Positions 1-13,384 of a DNA stretch of 64,000 bases are shown here, one piece after another (within the stretch, counting starts at the first letter, position 1; each line of letters starts with the position of its first letter). The translations under genes and the position numbers were made by a program. The notes under the pieces were generated by a model, which had not been told where the DNA came from, made no database searches, and worked only from the letters and a program-made list of their open reading frames with translations. This DNA comes from Heterodontus francisci (taxonomy: Eukaryota): contig NW_027140453.1 in NCBI RefSeq assembly GCF_036365525.1, forward strand, positions 1,054,001-1,118,000, in the 5' to 3' direction.

Positions 1-734
1 GGAGAGAGATGAGGTGTTGGCAGAGCGGATCGTCATAAGAGGAAGTTATCTCAAGGCAATGATCCCCGCCCCTACCTTTAAGTTGTCCCCCATTCTTTTG
101 CTTGCTTCTTTATGCCACCGTTTCCCTCTTTATTCTCTCCCCTTGCCTCCCCCCTCGTCACTTTCTGCTCCACTGTAAATATCCTCATTCTTATCTCTTT
201 GTGAGCTTGCTTTCACACCGAAGCCAGGTGATCTCTGAAGGTAGCGAGGTGTTGGAGAAGGGGATTTGTCCCAATCCTTTCCCTCAGACAGCATAACGGC
301 TCCCCACACTCCTCCTTCCACCCTTTCAGCTCTGCCCTTTAAAACCCCTTTTCACCCCGCTCCTCATGCACTTGTTAATATATGGAGGCAACAGTGAAGA
401 GAGAGGCGAGACAATCATTGACATGGCATTATTGATAACTCAAAATGAGTTGAACTCTTCTACATTTGCAGAGAGTAGGTCGACTAATCGATGTGAATGG
501 TATATCATTTATTTAACGTCATGAAGTGAAGAATAGAGGCAGGTAGGTTAGTGGATGATAGATCGATAGACAGGTTGCAGACAGGTGGATGAGTGAAATG
601 TATGCACAGATGCAGACAGACAGTTGTGTGTTTAGATAGACAGATTGATAAAGAGACATACAAGGAGACAGACAGACTCACAGGCAGACAGAGAGACAGA
701 TCACTCTGCCACAGTTAATTCCTGTCTCCTTTGG

Positions 735-773
735 GGTTTTTGTTGAACAGCTGTATTTCTCTGAGTCACTGTG
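735..773 (-). promoter_or_regulatory. 23-RSS of V1
   Basis: CACAGTG (773-767), 23-nt spacer, ACAAAAACC (743-735); perfect consensus. Confidence 0.97.
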
Positions 774-1243
774 TAAACTCCAGGCACAGTAATACACGGC
801 TGAGTGATTCTCCCACAGGCCGGAGGACTCCAGGTAAAAGTGAGTGCTGTCAGGTCTCCTGGCGGTGAAACCGTCCACCTCACCGGAGGGGGTGACCATG
901 TCGATGTAGTTAGAATAGAAAAGGTCCTGAGGCTCACTGTCAGGGTGCCATCGGTACCAGTGGAAATACGAGTCAGCTGCTGCTTCAGTGCAAATGCACT
1001 CGATGCTGACTGGAGATCCCGGGGAATGGGATACAGAAGGGGGAATCTGTTGGATCAGCACGGCTCCAACATCTGTAAAACACAAAGTGAGCAGAGAGGT
1101 GTTAAGAATGATACACCATGAAGGGGTAAATGAATGGAGAGGTGGGAGTGTGTGTGAGAGAGAGACAGAGAGAGAGAGATTCGTGTTATAAAGACAGAAA
1201 AATAGAGAGGGAGAAAGAGTGAGTGAGAGAAAATGAGACATGC

Positions 1244-1278
<35 letters not shown>

Positions 1279-1672
1279 ATGACAGAAAGTTAAAGGTAAA
1301 ACCAAGGGTAATCCATAGAACAAAGAAAGGGAAAGAGTGAGAGAAAGAGAGAGAGAGAGGAAAGCAGACAGGGACAGGGAGAATGAGAAACGGACAAAAG
1401 GAGAGTCAGACTAGAAAAAGAAAGAAAAAAGAGGATAGGGAGAGAGAAAGTGTGAAAAAGATAGGAAGAAAAAGAGAGAGATAGACCGAGTGATATATAA
1501 ACCGATGCAGAGAGAATCTACACAGCCAAACGGTGTTAATAAACCTCGGAGGGGGTTAAACCCCAAAGGGGACATTCGGGGAAGGATCAGTGAGGATCAC
1601 TGACATCTCCCAGTTCAGTTCCACCTTACCCCTTAACACCAGCAACACAACCCAGAGGTGAGACACAGTCAT
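774..1672 (-). CDS. TRBV: TRB V segment V1 (CAWS-ending, TRBV30-like): leader exon 1672-1630 (MTVSHLWVVLLVLR), V exon 1072-774; apparently functional, inverted relative to D-J
   Basis: Leader with G|gtaag donor and ttttacag acceptor in phase 1. Ig V-set motifs IEC..HWYR..AVYYCAWS. Followed by a 23-RSS. Confidence 0.92.
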
Positions 1673-2299
1673 CTCTGGAGGGAGACAGATCCATGTGTTC
1701 ATTGTGTGAAATCACTGAGCTGTTTTTTTGCAGAATATCTCAATGTTCTGAGTGGGATTTACTGTCCCCTCCTCCCCACTGTTAAATGGTCGTATGGGAG
1801 GAGCAAATCTCTTTGTACTTGTTCATTGCCTCCCACAAGGGGACTGTACTTTTCTGGGGCGGGGTTAAACCAGGACCTGAGTAATCGGCCGGGCTGTGTC
1901 CTCCCATTGATGGCGGGGTCTGGAGTTACTTTAAAACTGCAGCAACTCAGAGGATCCCTCTGAGATAGCAGTGATGTGAGGGAGTGAGGTAAGGGGAGTT
2001 ACACTGTTTGTCTGACATCCCGATCTAACCAGTGAATGGGAGGTTTTACTCTGCACCTTATTGCTAGGTGGTGGGTCTGCCTCTGTACCTATCCAATGCG
2101 TGATAGGCTTAACTCTGTATCGAATCGGCATGTGATGGGATTGACTTTGTGGAAACATCCTCTGTAAATCTGCCCTATCAATCAGTTCCATCATTTTATA
2201 GTATTCTAAGTGTGTCTCTCTCCTTCCCCCTGTCACATTCCCCCCAGCCTGAGCCCAGCCTGTTGTGAGGGTTTTTGTTTTAGGAAATTCAGAAAATCG

Positions 2300-2900
2300 A
2301 TCTTTGTCCTAATTTCCTACAAGAACCTGGAACTATACAACTGTAAAATTAAATAATGGAATCTACATGCTTGCAAGTGGGTGGAATTATTAAAGTGTTA
2401 ACATCGTATTAGTAACACTTGGCTTCCCAAACCAGGGAACAGTTTAAAGACTTCACTATCTTATATTAAATGATTGATTGCTGATTTCACTGTTTTATTG
2501 AGATCATTAATCAGTTGATCAAATGTCGAAGAGTGATTGGAACAGAATTTTAACCTACTCAGCGCCAGAAGGAAAATAGCAAAGGTGATGAAGTTGAAAG
2601 GGATGTTTGGTGCGGATCTGAGACACTTTCTGCTGGTTACTCTGGTTTAAGGGTGAGAGGCAGTTGTAGTTCCCCTAGTGCAGAACGTCATTGAGATGGT
2701 CCCCGCCCCTACTTTTTAAGTTGTCCCCCATTCTTTTGTTTGCTTCCTTCCGCCCCTTTCCACTTGTTTCTTCTCTCCATTTCCCCCACCCCCCTTGCAC
2801 CCCACTTTCTACTCTGCTGCAAATATCTTCACAAGCCTTTGTGAGCTTGCTTTCATGCCGCAGCGAGGGGAATTCTGAAGGTAGCGAGGTGTTGGAGAGG
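2300..2900 (-). pseudogene. Orphan V promoter/leader/intron relic of the V7 family (start codon ATG->ATC, no V exon)
   Basis: Mirror of 21590-22170; homologous to the promoter-leader-intron of V7 (24220-24877). Confidence 0.7.
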
Positions 2901-3344
2901 GTAGGTGAAAAAAACAAGGGGCGGTGCAACGATAGCTGCTTTGGGTGACTCCAGAGGTAACGGTGCAGAACAGGGGATTATTAACATCCTTTTGCAAATT
3001 AAAATCAGTAGTGGAGGAAAAGAAGGTGGATAGTTCGATGGCCTCGGAGGCGGCTCATATAACATCACTGTAAATTGGAAATCTAACTGCGTTTAGCCTT
3101 TAAAGTGAAAAGATTGCAGAAGCAGAGGAATTGACTCATTGATCAGCGGCGCCAAAGCCTGTGGTGGCGCGAAATATAGTGGAGCCACTGCGCCGACCAG
3201 TGGCAGCATGGTGCAACTGCAACAAGCTGTGTTTGTTACTTTCCCAGTGAAACCCATGCTGTGGGCTTCTTCAAGTCACTTCCCGAAATTCATCCTCCTT
3301 CTCAGTGTTTCATCCTCTCCTGCAGAGGATTATTACCCGCAGAA

Positions 3345-3725
3345 TTAACGATACAAATTCAGTCTTTGTCCTAATTTCCTCCCAGTATCTGGACAGATGT
3401 AAAGCAGAATAGTGAAATCTACATGAGTAAAAGTGGGTGTAGATGTTATATGGTTAACAGTATATTCTTAACACTTTTGTTGCCAAAAAAGGGGTAACAG
3501 ATTAATGAGTTCACTGTCTTATATTCAATAATTGATTGCTGATTTCACAAGTCACCGCCGCACAGTCTTGTTGAGATCATTAATCAGTTGATCAAATGTA
3601 AAACAGTAATTGTGACAGAATTTAAACATACTCAGCGACAGAATGAAAATAGCAAACGTCGATGAAATTGAATGGCATGTTTGCGGCGGATCTAAGACAC
3701 TTTCTGCTGGTTGCTCTGGGTTTAA
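3345..3725 (-). pseudogene. Orphan V leader/intron relic of the V7 family (frameshifted, no V exon)
   Basis: Mirror of 20750-21135; homologous to the V7 leader and intron. Confidence 0.7.
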
Positions 3726-3744
3726 GGGAGCGAAGCTGAGGGAG

Positions 3745-5343
3745 GAAACATTATTTGGATTAGCATCCTTGAAAGTTGATAAATCACCAGGGCAGGATGA
3801 AATGAATCTTAGGCTGCAAAAACAAGCAAGAGAAGAAATAGCAGAGGGTCTGACTATCTTTTTGCAGTCCTCACAGGTGTGGTGCTGGAGGATTGGAGAA
3901 TTGTTAATGTTGTGCCTCCGTTTAAAAAGGGAGAGAAGGATAGACTGACTAATTACAGGCCAGTCAGTCTGACCTCAGTAATGAGCAAATTATTGCAATC
4001 TATTCTGGGAGACAGAATAAACTGTCACTTAGAAAGGCACAGATTAATCCAGGATAGTCAGCATAGATTTGTTAAGGGATGAACTTGTTTGATCAATTTG
4101 ATCGAATTTTTTGAAGAAGTAACAAGGAAGATAGATGAGGGTAGTGCAGTTGACGTGGTCTACCTGGATTTTAGCAAGGCTTTTGAAAAGGCTGCACATG
4201 GCAGACTGGTTAAAAAAAACAAAATCCCATGGGATCCAGGGAAATGCAGCAAGGTGGATACAAAATTGGCTCAGTGCCAGGAATCAAAGGGTAATTGTTG
4301 ATGGGTGTTTTAGCGACTGGAGGGCTGTTTGCAGCGGCGTTGCACAGGGCTCAGTACTGGGTTCCCTGCTTTTTGTGGTATTTATTAACGATTTGGATGT
4401 AAATGTAGGGGGGCATAATCCAAATGTATGTAGACAACACAAGGATTAGCCGTGTGGTAGATCGCGAGGTGGATAGCTGTAGGCTGCAGGAAGATATTGA
4501 TGGTCTTGTCAGATGGGCAGAACAGTGGCAAATGGAATCCAACTTGGAGAGGTGTGAGGTGATGCATTTGGGGAGGTCAAACAAGGCAAAGGAATACACG
4601 ATAAATGGGAAAATACTGAGAAGTGCAGAGGAAGTGAGGGACCTTGCAGTGAATGTCTACAGATCCCTGAAGGTAACAGGACAGGTCGATAAGGTGGTTA
4701 AGAAGGCATATGGAATCCTTTCCTTCATTAGCTGAGGTATAGAATACAAGAGCGGGGAGGTTATGCTGGAACTGCATAACTCATTGGTTAGGCCACAACT
4801 TGAGTATGTGTGAAGTTCTGGTCACCTCATTACAGAAAGAATGTAATTGCACTAGAGAGGTTACAAAGGAGATTAACAAGCATGTTTCCCGAACTGAAAA
4901 TGCAGCTATGAGGAAAGATTGGATAGGCCGGGGTTGTTCTCCTTGGAACAGAGAAAGCTGCGGGGAGATCTGATTGAAATGTACAAAATATTGAAGGGGC
5001 CTGGACAGAGTGGATGTGAAGGGTCTATTCACCTTGGCAGAGAGGTCAGTGATGAGGGACCATAGATTTAAAGTGATTGGTAGAAGAATTAGAGGGGAGA
5101 TAAGGAAAATCATTTTTCACCCAGAGGGTGGTGATGGTCTGGAACTCACTGCCTGAAAGGGTAGTTGAGGCAGAGATCCTCAACTCATTCAAAAGGAGTC
5201 TGGATTTGCACCTCAAGTGCTGCAATCTGCATGGCTACGGACCAAATGCTGGAAGGTGTGATTAGAATAGGTGGATCGTTTTTCGGCCGGCGCTGATGTG
5301 ATGGGCCAAGTGGCCTCTTTCTGTGCCTTATACCTTCTATGAG
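3745..5343 (+). mobile_element. 5'-truncated, degenerate CR1-type LINE (reverse transcriptase region to 3' end)
   Basis: Frameshifted ORF2 motifs DKSPGQD, NYRPVSLTSV, VDVVYLDFSKAF, GVAQGSVLG, YVDNT and LQEDID. Confidence 0.9.
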
Positions 5344-5479
5344 ACTATTGGAGTGATAGAGTGTATGTGAAAGTGCCAAGGAATGAGAGAGAGACAGAGT
5401 CACAGAGGATGATATGGAGAAAAACAGTTAGAGAAAAAGAGAGGCAGTGATAGAGATAGATGGACAGAGGGAGAAAAAG

Positions 5480-6145
5480 ATATGCCTGTCTGTCTATCTA
5501 TATAGCTATCTATCTATCTATCACTGTAGCTATCTGTCTATCTTTCTCTCTATCTATCTATCTGCATGGCTGTGTGTCTGTCTCTCTATCTGTGTCAGTT
5601 TGTCTCTCTATCTGTATGAATCCGTCTGTCTGTCTACCTACCTATCTTTTTGTCTGTCTGTCTTCATATTTACCTATTTGTATATCTGTCTGTCTATCTA
5701 TCTATTTGACCATTTGCCTATCTATCTGTCTACCTATCTGTCTGTCTATCTATCAATCTGTCTGTCAATCGATCTATCTGTCTGCCTATCTGTCTACCCA
5801 TCTGTCTTTCTATTTATCTATCTGTTTATCTATCTATCTAATGTCNNNNNNNNNNNNNNNNNNNNNNNNNNNNNNNNNNNNNNNNNNNNNNNNNNNNNNN
5901 NNNNNNNNNNNNNNNNNNNNNNNNNNNNNNNNNNNNNNNNNNNNNNNNNNNNNNNNNNNNNNNNNNNNNNNNNNNNNNNNNNNNNNNNNNNNNNNNNNNN
6001 NNNNNNNNNNNNNNGTCGATCTATCTGTCTGTCTATCGATCAAATGTCTGTCTATCTATCCATCTGTCTATCGATCTATCTATCTAATGGCAGTCTCTCT
6101 GCCATCCTAGCTACCTATCTGTCTGTCTATCGATCTATCTGTCGG

Positions 6146-6201
<56 letters not shown>

Positions 6202-6267
6202 ATGTCTGTCTGTCTGACTTCCTAGCTACCTATCTGTCTGTCTATCGATCTATCTGTCTGTCTATCG

Positions 6268-6324
<57 letters not shown>

Positions 6325-6360
6325 ATGTCTGTCTGTCTGCCTTCCTAGCTATCTATCTGC
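5480..6360. repeat. (TCTA)n/(TCTG)n microsatellite containing an assembly gap (5846-6014)
   Basis: Directly visible tetranucleotide repeat and N run. Confidence 0.95.
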
Positions 6361-6664
6361 CTCTTTATGCTGCCTATGATATGGTGCTGTACACCAATTG
6401 GCTTCCGTGTTTTAAGTACACTGCTCTCTGAAATGACCTAGCAAACTCTTCAGTTATCTACAAGGCATCACGCACCTTCTCCAGGGCAATGAGTGATGAT
6501 GAATAACTACTGACTTTCTGAGACCCAGGCACCCAGAATGAATAAAAAAAAATTAAAGCAAGAGAAGAGATAGCAGAGGATCTGACCATCATTTTCCAGT
6601 TGTTAATTGGCTGTTTTGGGGCATCTTGAAGTCGTGGAAGACCTTATATATATATATCTTTTCT

Positions 6665-7200
6665 TATTCGTTCATGGGACGTGAATTTCTTTTGCAAGGC
6701 CAGCAATTATTTCACAATACTGATTGCCCTTGAGAAGGTGGTGGTGAGCTGCCTTCTTGAACCGCTGCAGTACATGTTGGATAGGTACACCCACAGTGCT
6801 GTTAGGAAGGGAGTTCCAGGATTTTGACCCAGTGACAGTGAAGAAACGGCGATATAGTTCCAAGTCAGGATGGTGTATGACTTGGAGGGGAACTTGCAGG
6901 TGGTGGTGTTCCCATGAGTCTACTGCCCTTGCCCTTCTAGGTGATGGAGTTGGTGGGTTTGGAAGGTGCTGTCTAAGGACACTCGATGCTTTGCTGCAGT
7001 GTATCATGTCGATGGTACACACTGCTTCCACTGTGGTGTAGGAAGTGAGTGTTGAAGGTGGTAGATGGGGTGCTGATCAAGCGAGCTGCTTTTTTCCTGA
7101 CTGGTGTTGAGCTCCTTGAGTGTTGTTGGAGCTGCATCCATCCAGGCAGGTGGAGAGTATTCCATCACACTCCTGACTTGTGCCTTGCAGATGATTGATA
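6665..7200 (-). mobile_element. LINE 3' fragment (CR1/L2-superfamily ORF2 C-terminus)
   Basis: Minus strand encodes KAQVRSVMEYSP..AWM and SWNSLPNSTV; mirror copy at 17785-18310. Confidence 0.75.
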
Positions 7201-7365
7201 CTCTATACATCACTTCACAATGGTGATGTTAACTATCTGTCTTATTTACATCATTAATTAACCTTTTAATTAATCAAGTATAGGACAGAGACTGTGACTC
7301 AGTTTTAACATACTCAGTGCCAGAAATTAAACAGTGCAGACGAGGACCTTGAAATTTTGCAGGGG

Positions 7366-8030
7366 ATTAGGGTGAGCCCCTGCCCGGCATACTGCCGATA
7401 CCACAGCATAATACTCTTTCTACTGTCATTCTGGTAACAGTTTAATTCTGCTGGTTCGCCTCTCTTCACTGCCACCAGAGTTGGCCACTGGTGTATCACC
7501 TCTGCTAGAGTTTTGCCTTGAGAAATAAGGAGAATAGTTTAAAAAGTTTAGAACATATTGTGACATATGATAACCAACTATAACTATCAAAATAGTTAAG
7601 TAGATAATACTAGATAACTATATAGGCAGACAATATATAGTTAAATGATATATTGGTAGATATATAGATAATAAACAGATAGATATAGAGATTGAAAAAT
7701 AATGTAGCAAGTGAAATGAGACAGACAAATTAACCCAGAATTAGGGCAAACTTATCGGTTAAAGATAGGTATAGTAGCGTCACGAATATATAAGTAACTT
7801 TCATTCAGTCAAAAATTTCATTAAGTAAATATTATTTACAGTGAAAGTAAAGTATGTAGTTTAAGAAATGACAGAAAATCGACTTCAATGATGTTGTATC
7901 AATCTAGTTTGATAGAAGTTAGTAGTGAATGAAAACACAGCATGTATTTTAGCACAGGTATCTTTATGAACAATGAATACCTACATGGAAGAAGAGAACA
8001 GACGATTAGGAAGAGTTTGACTAACTGCAT
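7366..8030 (-). pseudogene. TRBV: TRB V pseudogene V2: intact leader (8030-7985) and 5' half of V exon (7516-7366); 3' half and RSS deleted
   Basis: Paralog of V5. Sequence jumps from ..CTCACCCTAAT to CCCCTGCAAAA.., losing the equivalent of 17241-17620. Confidence 0.9.
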
Positions 8031-9403
8031 CCTGCAGACTGGGGGCTGAATCTGTTCATGAACCAATATCAGGCGGCTGAAGATAAAGCAGAGAGCGGAA
8101 ATGACAGCACTGGAAACAGGGTTTCCTTCTGACCCCTCACTTCTGGGTATGACAGAATAATAACACCCCCTGGCCGAAAGGAGATTGAATAAGGAACTGC
8201 TTCCCGTCTGTATCTGGCTCCCGTTGCTTGTGTCTGATTGGTGTTGTATAGGGTAGCTCTTTCGAACAGCTGGGCCAGGCTCGATGGGCTGAATGGCCTT
8301 TGCCTCTGCTGTATGATTCTATAAATATATAAGACGCATCAAGTTGCTTGTTTGTATTAGGCAAATAAAGATTTATTTTCCCTGTGTTAAACGACAATTC
8401 AAGGGCTATGTTTTACATTGGGGTGAAATCTTAGATACTTTGAAAAGCGACAGTGTCATGAAGAAGTGGGTTAACTGTTTTAAACAGATGCTCAAACCGT
8501 CGTCAGGAGGCAGGTGTTCCAGTGAGAGACCTATCTGGGGAGGTGTCTCACTTTTGCAGTGTATGAATCATCGGGGACATGTACAACAGGGAGCTATGTG
8601 TAACTCTTGTCACATACCACCGACAGCTCATTCAACAGGACCATGAGCCCATTTACCCCACCTCGGAATCTGTTCTTTACAGGTAGAGGCTGCCTTATCG
8701 AGAAGGATCTGAGCACCTTGCTGCAGTATTTTTAATAATTCATAATGTATTGATATACTCTGAGTCGAAGGAGAGCAAGAAGATGAAACTATCAGTAAAA
8801 TACAAATCATGATATATCAATAATTAAACTGGTATGGTGCAAATAATGGTGTTCGATAAATGATAAACGTCAGATAAATTTGGATGCATATTTAGAGGTG
8901 AGAGACAGAGAGATAAATCGATGACAAATATATATATGATCGAGATAAATAGATAGATAAATGGTGCAAATAACCAAAAATGGACAGCGAGATAGATAAA
9001 TAGATAGATACAGATGGATAGATAGATAGATACAGATGGATAGATAGATACAGTTAGATAGATNNNNNNNNNNNNNNNNNNNNNNNNNNNNNNNNNNNNN
9101 NNNNNNNNNNNNNNNNNNNNNNNNNNNNNNNNNNNNNNNNNNNNNNNNNNNNNNNNNNNNNNNNNNNNNNNNNNNNNNNNNNNNNNNNNNNNNNNNNNNN
9201 NNNNNNNNNNNNNNNNNNNNNNNNNNNNNNNNNNNNNNNNNNNNNNNNNNNNNNNNNNNNNNNNNNNNNAGAGACACAGAAACTCGCAGATAGTCCGAGA
9301 GGCAGAAACACACTGAGATAGACAGACAGGCTTATCTCCCACAAGTGCTTTCCTCCCCCTTTATAGTTTTTGCTGAACTCCGGCACCTTTCTGAGTCACT
9401 GTG

Positions 9404-9702
9404 CTGTCTCCAGGCACAGTAATACACAGCTGATTGATTTTTCCACAGACTGGAGGACTCCAGGTAAAAATAAGTGTTGTTGGGTCTCCTGGCGGTGAAA
9501 CCGTCCACCTCACCGGAGGAAATGACCGTTCCAGCAGAGGTGGAATAGAAAAAGTTCTCGGGCTTATGGTCCGGATGCCACCAGTGCCGGAAGAATGCAG
9601 AGCCAGCTACTGCTTCTGTGTAAATACACTGGATACTAACTGGACAGCCTGGGGAATGGGATATGGAAGGGGGAGACTGTTGGTTCAGCACGGCCCCTAC
9701 AT
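9404..9702 (-). pseudogene. TRBV: TRB V segment V3 (V1/V6 family): open frame, conserved Trp41 replaced by Arg, no leader exon found; 23-RSS at 9403-9365
   Basis: DVGAVLNQQSPP..IQC..FFRHWWHP..AVYYCAWRQ; ttttacag acceptor; CACAGTG-23-GCAAAAACT. Confidence 0.82.
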
Positions 9703-9704
9703 CT

Positions 9705-9745
<41 letters not shown>

Positions 9746-10569
9746 ACCCAGGGACAAGATTTAAATTGACATCGGCCACGATGAGGGGACAGGCACGATG
9801 GGCCGAACGATCTCCTGTGTGCCCTAAATGTCCCGTGTTTCTTTGTAAAAAGGGAGAGGTGGGAGAGGGAGAGATGCATAGAGAGAGAGAGAGACTCAGA
9901 GAAAGACATAGAATGATATAGAGTGAGAGAAAAGGAGAGAAGCAGAGACAGAGAGAGAGAGAGTCAGAGAGAGAGAGAAGCACACAGACAGAGGGAGAAA
10001 AACAGCAACAATCTATACATGGACAACAGACGTGAAGGAGCTAAGAGGACAGGGAGAGAGAGAAAGAGAGACAGAGAGAAAGGGAGAGTGGGAGGGACAG
10101 ACATTGAGGTACATATATCGTTAGACAGAGAGAAAGAGATATGTAAATAAATATTGATAGATAGAGATTCTATATAGATAGATAGTGAAATAGGCAGATT
10201 ATACAGATAATTAGATAAAATAGATAGACAGATAGATAGAATGATGGATAGAGAGACAGATAAATAGACGGAGAGATAGATAGATATAAAGATAGATATG
10301 CAGATTCATAGATAGATAGATTCAGAGAAAGGGAGATACAGAGAGATATATGGTGCAATAGACATTCTGATAAAGACCAGAGGTGTAATGAACAACAATA
10401 CTGTCATGTATGGGGTAAATGTCACTCTAACACGTGCTTTTATTGTTTAGCTGCCAGTCTTAAAAATAAAGTACTGTTGTTCTGAAGGATTCACTATCAC
10501 ACCATTTGTACAAAATGAATACATTTTATTTACCTTCCAAACACTAATCTGCACACAGGATACAGATTT

Positions 10570-10800
10570 CCACTCCCCTTTGTGTGAAGAAGTGTTTCCT
10601 GACATCACTCCTGAATAGCCTGGCTCGAAGTTTGGGTTTAGACCACCTTGTTCTGCCCCCGTGCCCCGCCCTCAACAAGAGGAAATAGTTTATCTCCATC
10701 TACCCTATCAACCCATTCAATCATTTTAAACACCTCAGTCAGATCACCATTTAATCTTCTATACCTGAGGGAATAAGGAACAAGCAATGTAAACATGTTG
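10570..10800 (-). mobile_element. CR1 LINE 3' fragment
   Basis: Minus-strand peptide RRLNGDLTEVFKMI..DRVDGDKLFPL. Confidence 0.75.
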
Positions 10801-12014
10801 GGTGTTGCATTTCCTTCACCCTTGATTGACTGATCAAAGATATTTTCAGAAACTCTGAACACAGGAAATCTTTCATAGAATCAGAGACTGGTTACAGTAC
10901 AGAAGGAGTCCATTCCGCCCATCGAGACCATGCCAGCTCTCTGCAAGATCAACCCAGCTAGTGCAACTCCTCCTATCTCTCATGTCAATTCAATTTGTCG
11001 CCATAACCACCTGCAAATTCCTCTGCGCTGTTTCCTTCGCATGCTCTTGTGGAAGGACTTTGTCAGCACAACACAGCAACAGAATCGCATTGCACAGAGA
11101 GACACAGAGACAGGAAAGGCACCGTCAGGATGTGTGGTTATCAGAGTGCAGCTGTAAATGTTTCAACATGTTCACGGATGCAGCAAGAAAAAAACAGCCT
11201 GTTTTGTGGGTTTAACCGACACACATTTGTATTTTTCCACTCCTAGGCCCGAGGCAAAACAGTAGGTTAAAGGGTAAGGTAACAAAGTGTTATGTTCCTG
11301 GGCTAGTAATGTAAAGGCCTGGGCTAATAACCTGGAGATGTGAATTCAAATCCCAGCATGCTGGATTATTTCAATTCCCTTCATTAGATAAAGCTTGATT
11401 GATGAAAAGCTGCTCTCAGTCATGGTGAACATTAACCTACAGTATTGGACAAAAAACTCATCGTCACTGAGAGAAAGAAACCTGCCATCCTTATCCGCTC
11501 TGGCCTAAGAGGTGACTCCAGTCCCACAACAATATGGTTGATTCTTAAAGGGCCCTCTGAATTGGCCGGGCAAGACAGTCGGTCATACAAAAGCTGTGAC
11601 GGGAACAGACAGCAATGGGGGTGGGCTCATCGCCATCTTCTCAAGGACGGTGAGGTGGTGGGCACTGAATACTGCATAACAGTGCCACAACCACATCCTG
11701 TGAATGAAAGCAGATAGAGAGATTGAGAAATATAATAGAATAGAGGCCTCAACACGGGTGTGTGTACACTGCATGGCCTGTCCTCACCCCCAGACACATC
11801 ATCTGGTCTGTTTCAATCTTTCCCCTCACTGCTCTGTAGCTAACCCCAGCCTCCTCCATGCAAGCGATACATGCACAGTTACTTGGCTGAGCTCCCATCC
11901 AGCATCCCTCATTAACATTCCCCAGTAACCCTCCATCCTAAACTCCCACAAAATGCTCATGTGCCTGCTGTGTTATTTCCACCAACTTCACCAATCCCTT
12001 TCGACACCCCTAAA

Positions 12015-12930
12015 TGTTGGTGTTGTTCTCCTGCTGAAGATGTTGTTGAATTTGTTGGTGTCTTCTTCCGACTGAAGTTGTTGTTGAACTTCTTGGTGCC
12101 TGCTTCTGACTGAAGTTGTTGTTGAATTTGTTGGTGCCTTCTTCTGACTGAAGTTGTTGTTGAAATTGTTGGTGCTTTCTTCCGACTGAAGTTGTTGTTG
12201 GATTTTTGGTGTTTTTCTCTCCTGCTGAAGTTATTGTTGGATTTGTTGGGTTTTGTTTTACTGCAGCTGAAGTTGTTGTTGTATTTGTTGGTGTTTTTCT
12301 CCTGCTGAAGTTATTGTTGAACTTGTTGGTGTTTTTCTACTGCTGAAGTTGCTGTTGAATTTGTTGGTGCTTATCACCTGCTGACTGAAGTTGTTGTTGT
12401 ATTTGTTGGTGTTTTTCTCCTGCTGAAGTTATTGTTGAACTTGTTGGTGTTTTTCTCCTGCTGAAGTTGTTGTTGAATTGTGGGGCTTTTTAACTGTTGC
12501 TGAAGTAGTTGTTGTATTCGTTGATTTTTTTTCCTGCTGAAGTTGTTGTTGAATCTGTTGGAGTTCTTTACTGCCTGCTGACTTTGTTGTTGAACTTTTT
12601 GGTGTTTTTCTCCTGCTGAAGTTGTTGTTGTATTCATTGATTTTTTTTTTCCCTGCTGAAGTTGTTGTTGAATTTGTTGGTGTTCTTTAATCCCTGCTGA
12701 CTTTGTTGTTGAATGTTTTGGTGTTTTTCTCCTGCTGAAGTTGTTGTTGTATATGTTGAATTTTTTTTCCGCTAATGTTGTTGAATTTGTGGTGTTTTTC
12801 TCCTGCTGAAGTTGTTGTTGTAATCGTTGATTTTTTTTTTTTCCTGCTGAAGTTGTTGAATTTGTTGGTGCTTTTCACCTGCTGAAGTTGTTGTTGAATT
12901 TGTTGATATTTTTCTTGAATTTGTTGCTGT
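12015..12930. repeat. ~38-bp T/G-rich minisatellite (ctgctgaagttgttgttgaatttgttggtgtttttctc)n, roughly two dozen degenerate units
   Basis: Directly visible tandem repeat; it produces the spurious Q/N/T-rich ORFs. Confidence 0.9.
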
Positions 12931-13384
12931 TTTACTCCTGCGATGCAGTGTTAGAGGGGGCCAATTTGCTACCAATAATATTGTCCTCCTCAGCACAGAT
13001 GCCACCGGATGTAAGGAACTATGCATAATGATCCAACAACAAAGCATGTGCTTCGACTACACAGGTCAATGGGATGAACAAATGAGAAACATTTCATTGG
13101 CTAGTATTGGGTTTTGTTTTGGTGACATCCTGGGACTGTACAGAGGACAACCTCTGATGTCCAGAAGGGCAGAACTGCACAGTCAGAGGGGGCAATCCTC
13201 AGCAATGATTATCCTCCAACCAAAATTGCTCCGACAATAACCACAGATGATCTGGACATTATTGCCTGTTTGATGGATCTTGCTTTGTAGAAACTGGCTG
13301 CCACTGTTCCTATCTTGCAGCAGTGGCTGCACTTCGAAGAAGTACTAGCAACGAATATGGGATTAGTAAAGCACTCGGGTTCTT

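Larger units (their letters stand above)
1..8990. repeat. Left arm of ~9-kb inverted segmental duplication (may extend beyond the window's left edge)
   Basis: Reverse complement matches ~15265-24476 colinearly (1<->24476, 1630<->22841, 7985<->16621). Mirrored ORF pairs in the track, e.g. 3139..3348+ and 21128..21337-. Confidence 0.95.

Noticed and set aside
5447-6202. LSIYLSIYL-type ORFs, also at 8824-9386 and 18552-19018
   Set aside because: (TCTA)n microsatellite translation, partly read through N gaps.
12374-13047. Q/N/T-rich ORFs and nonamer-like AAAAACACC words
   Set aside because: Products of the ~38-bp minisatellite; no heptamers at 12 or 23 spacing.
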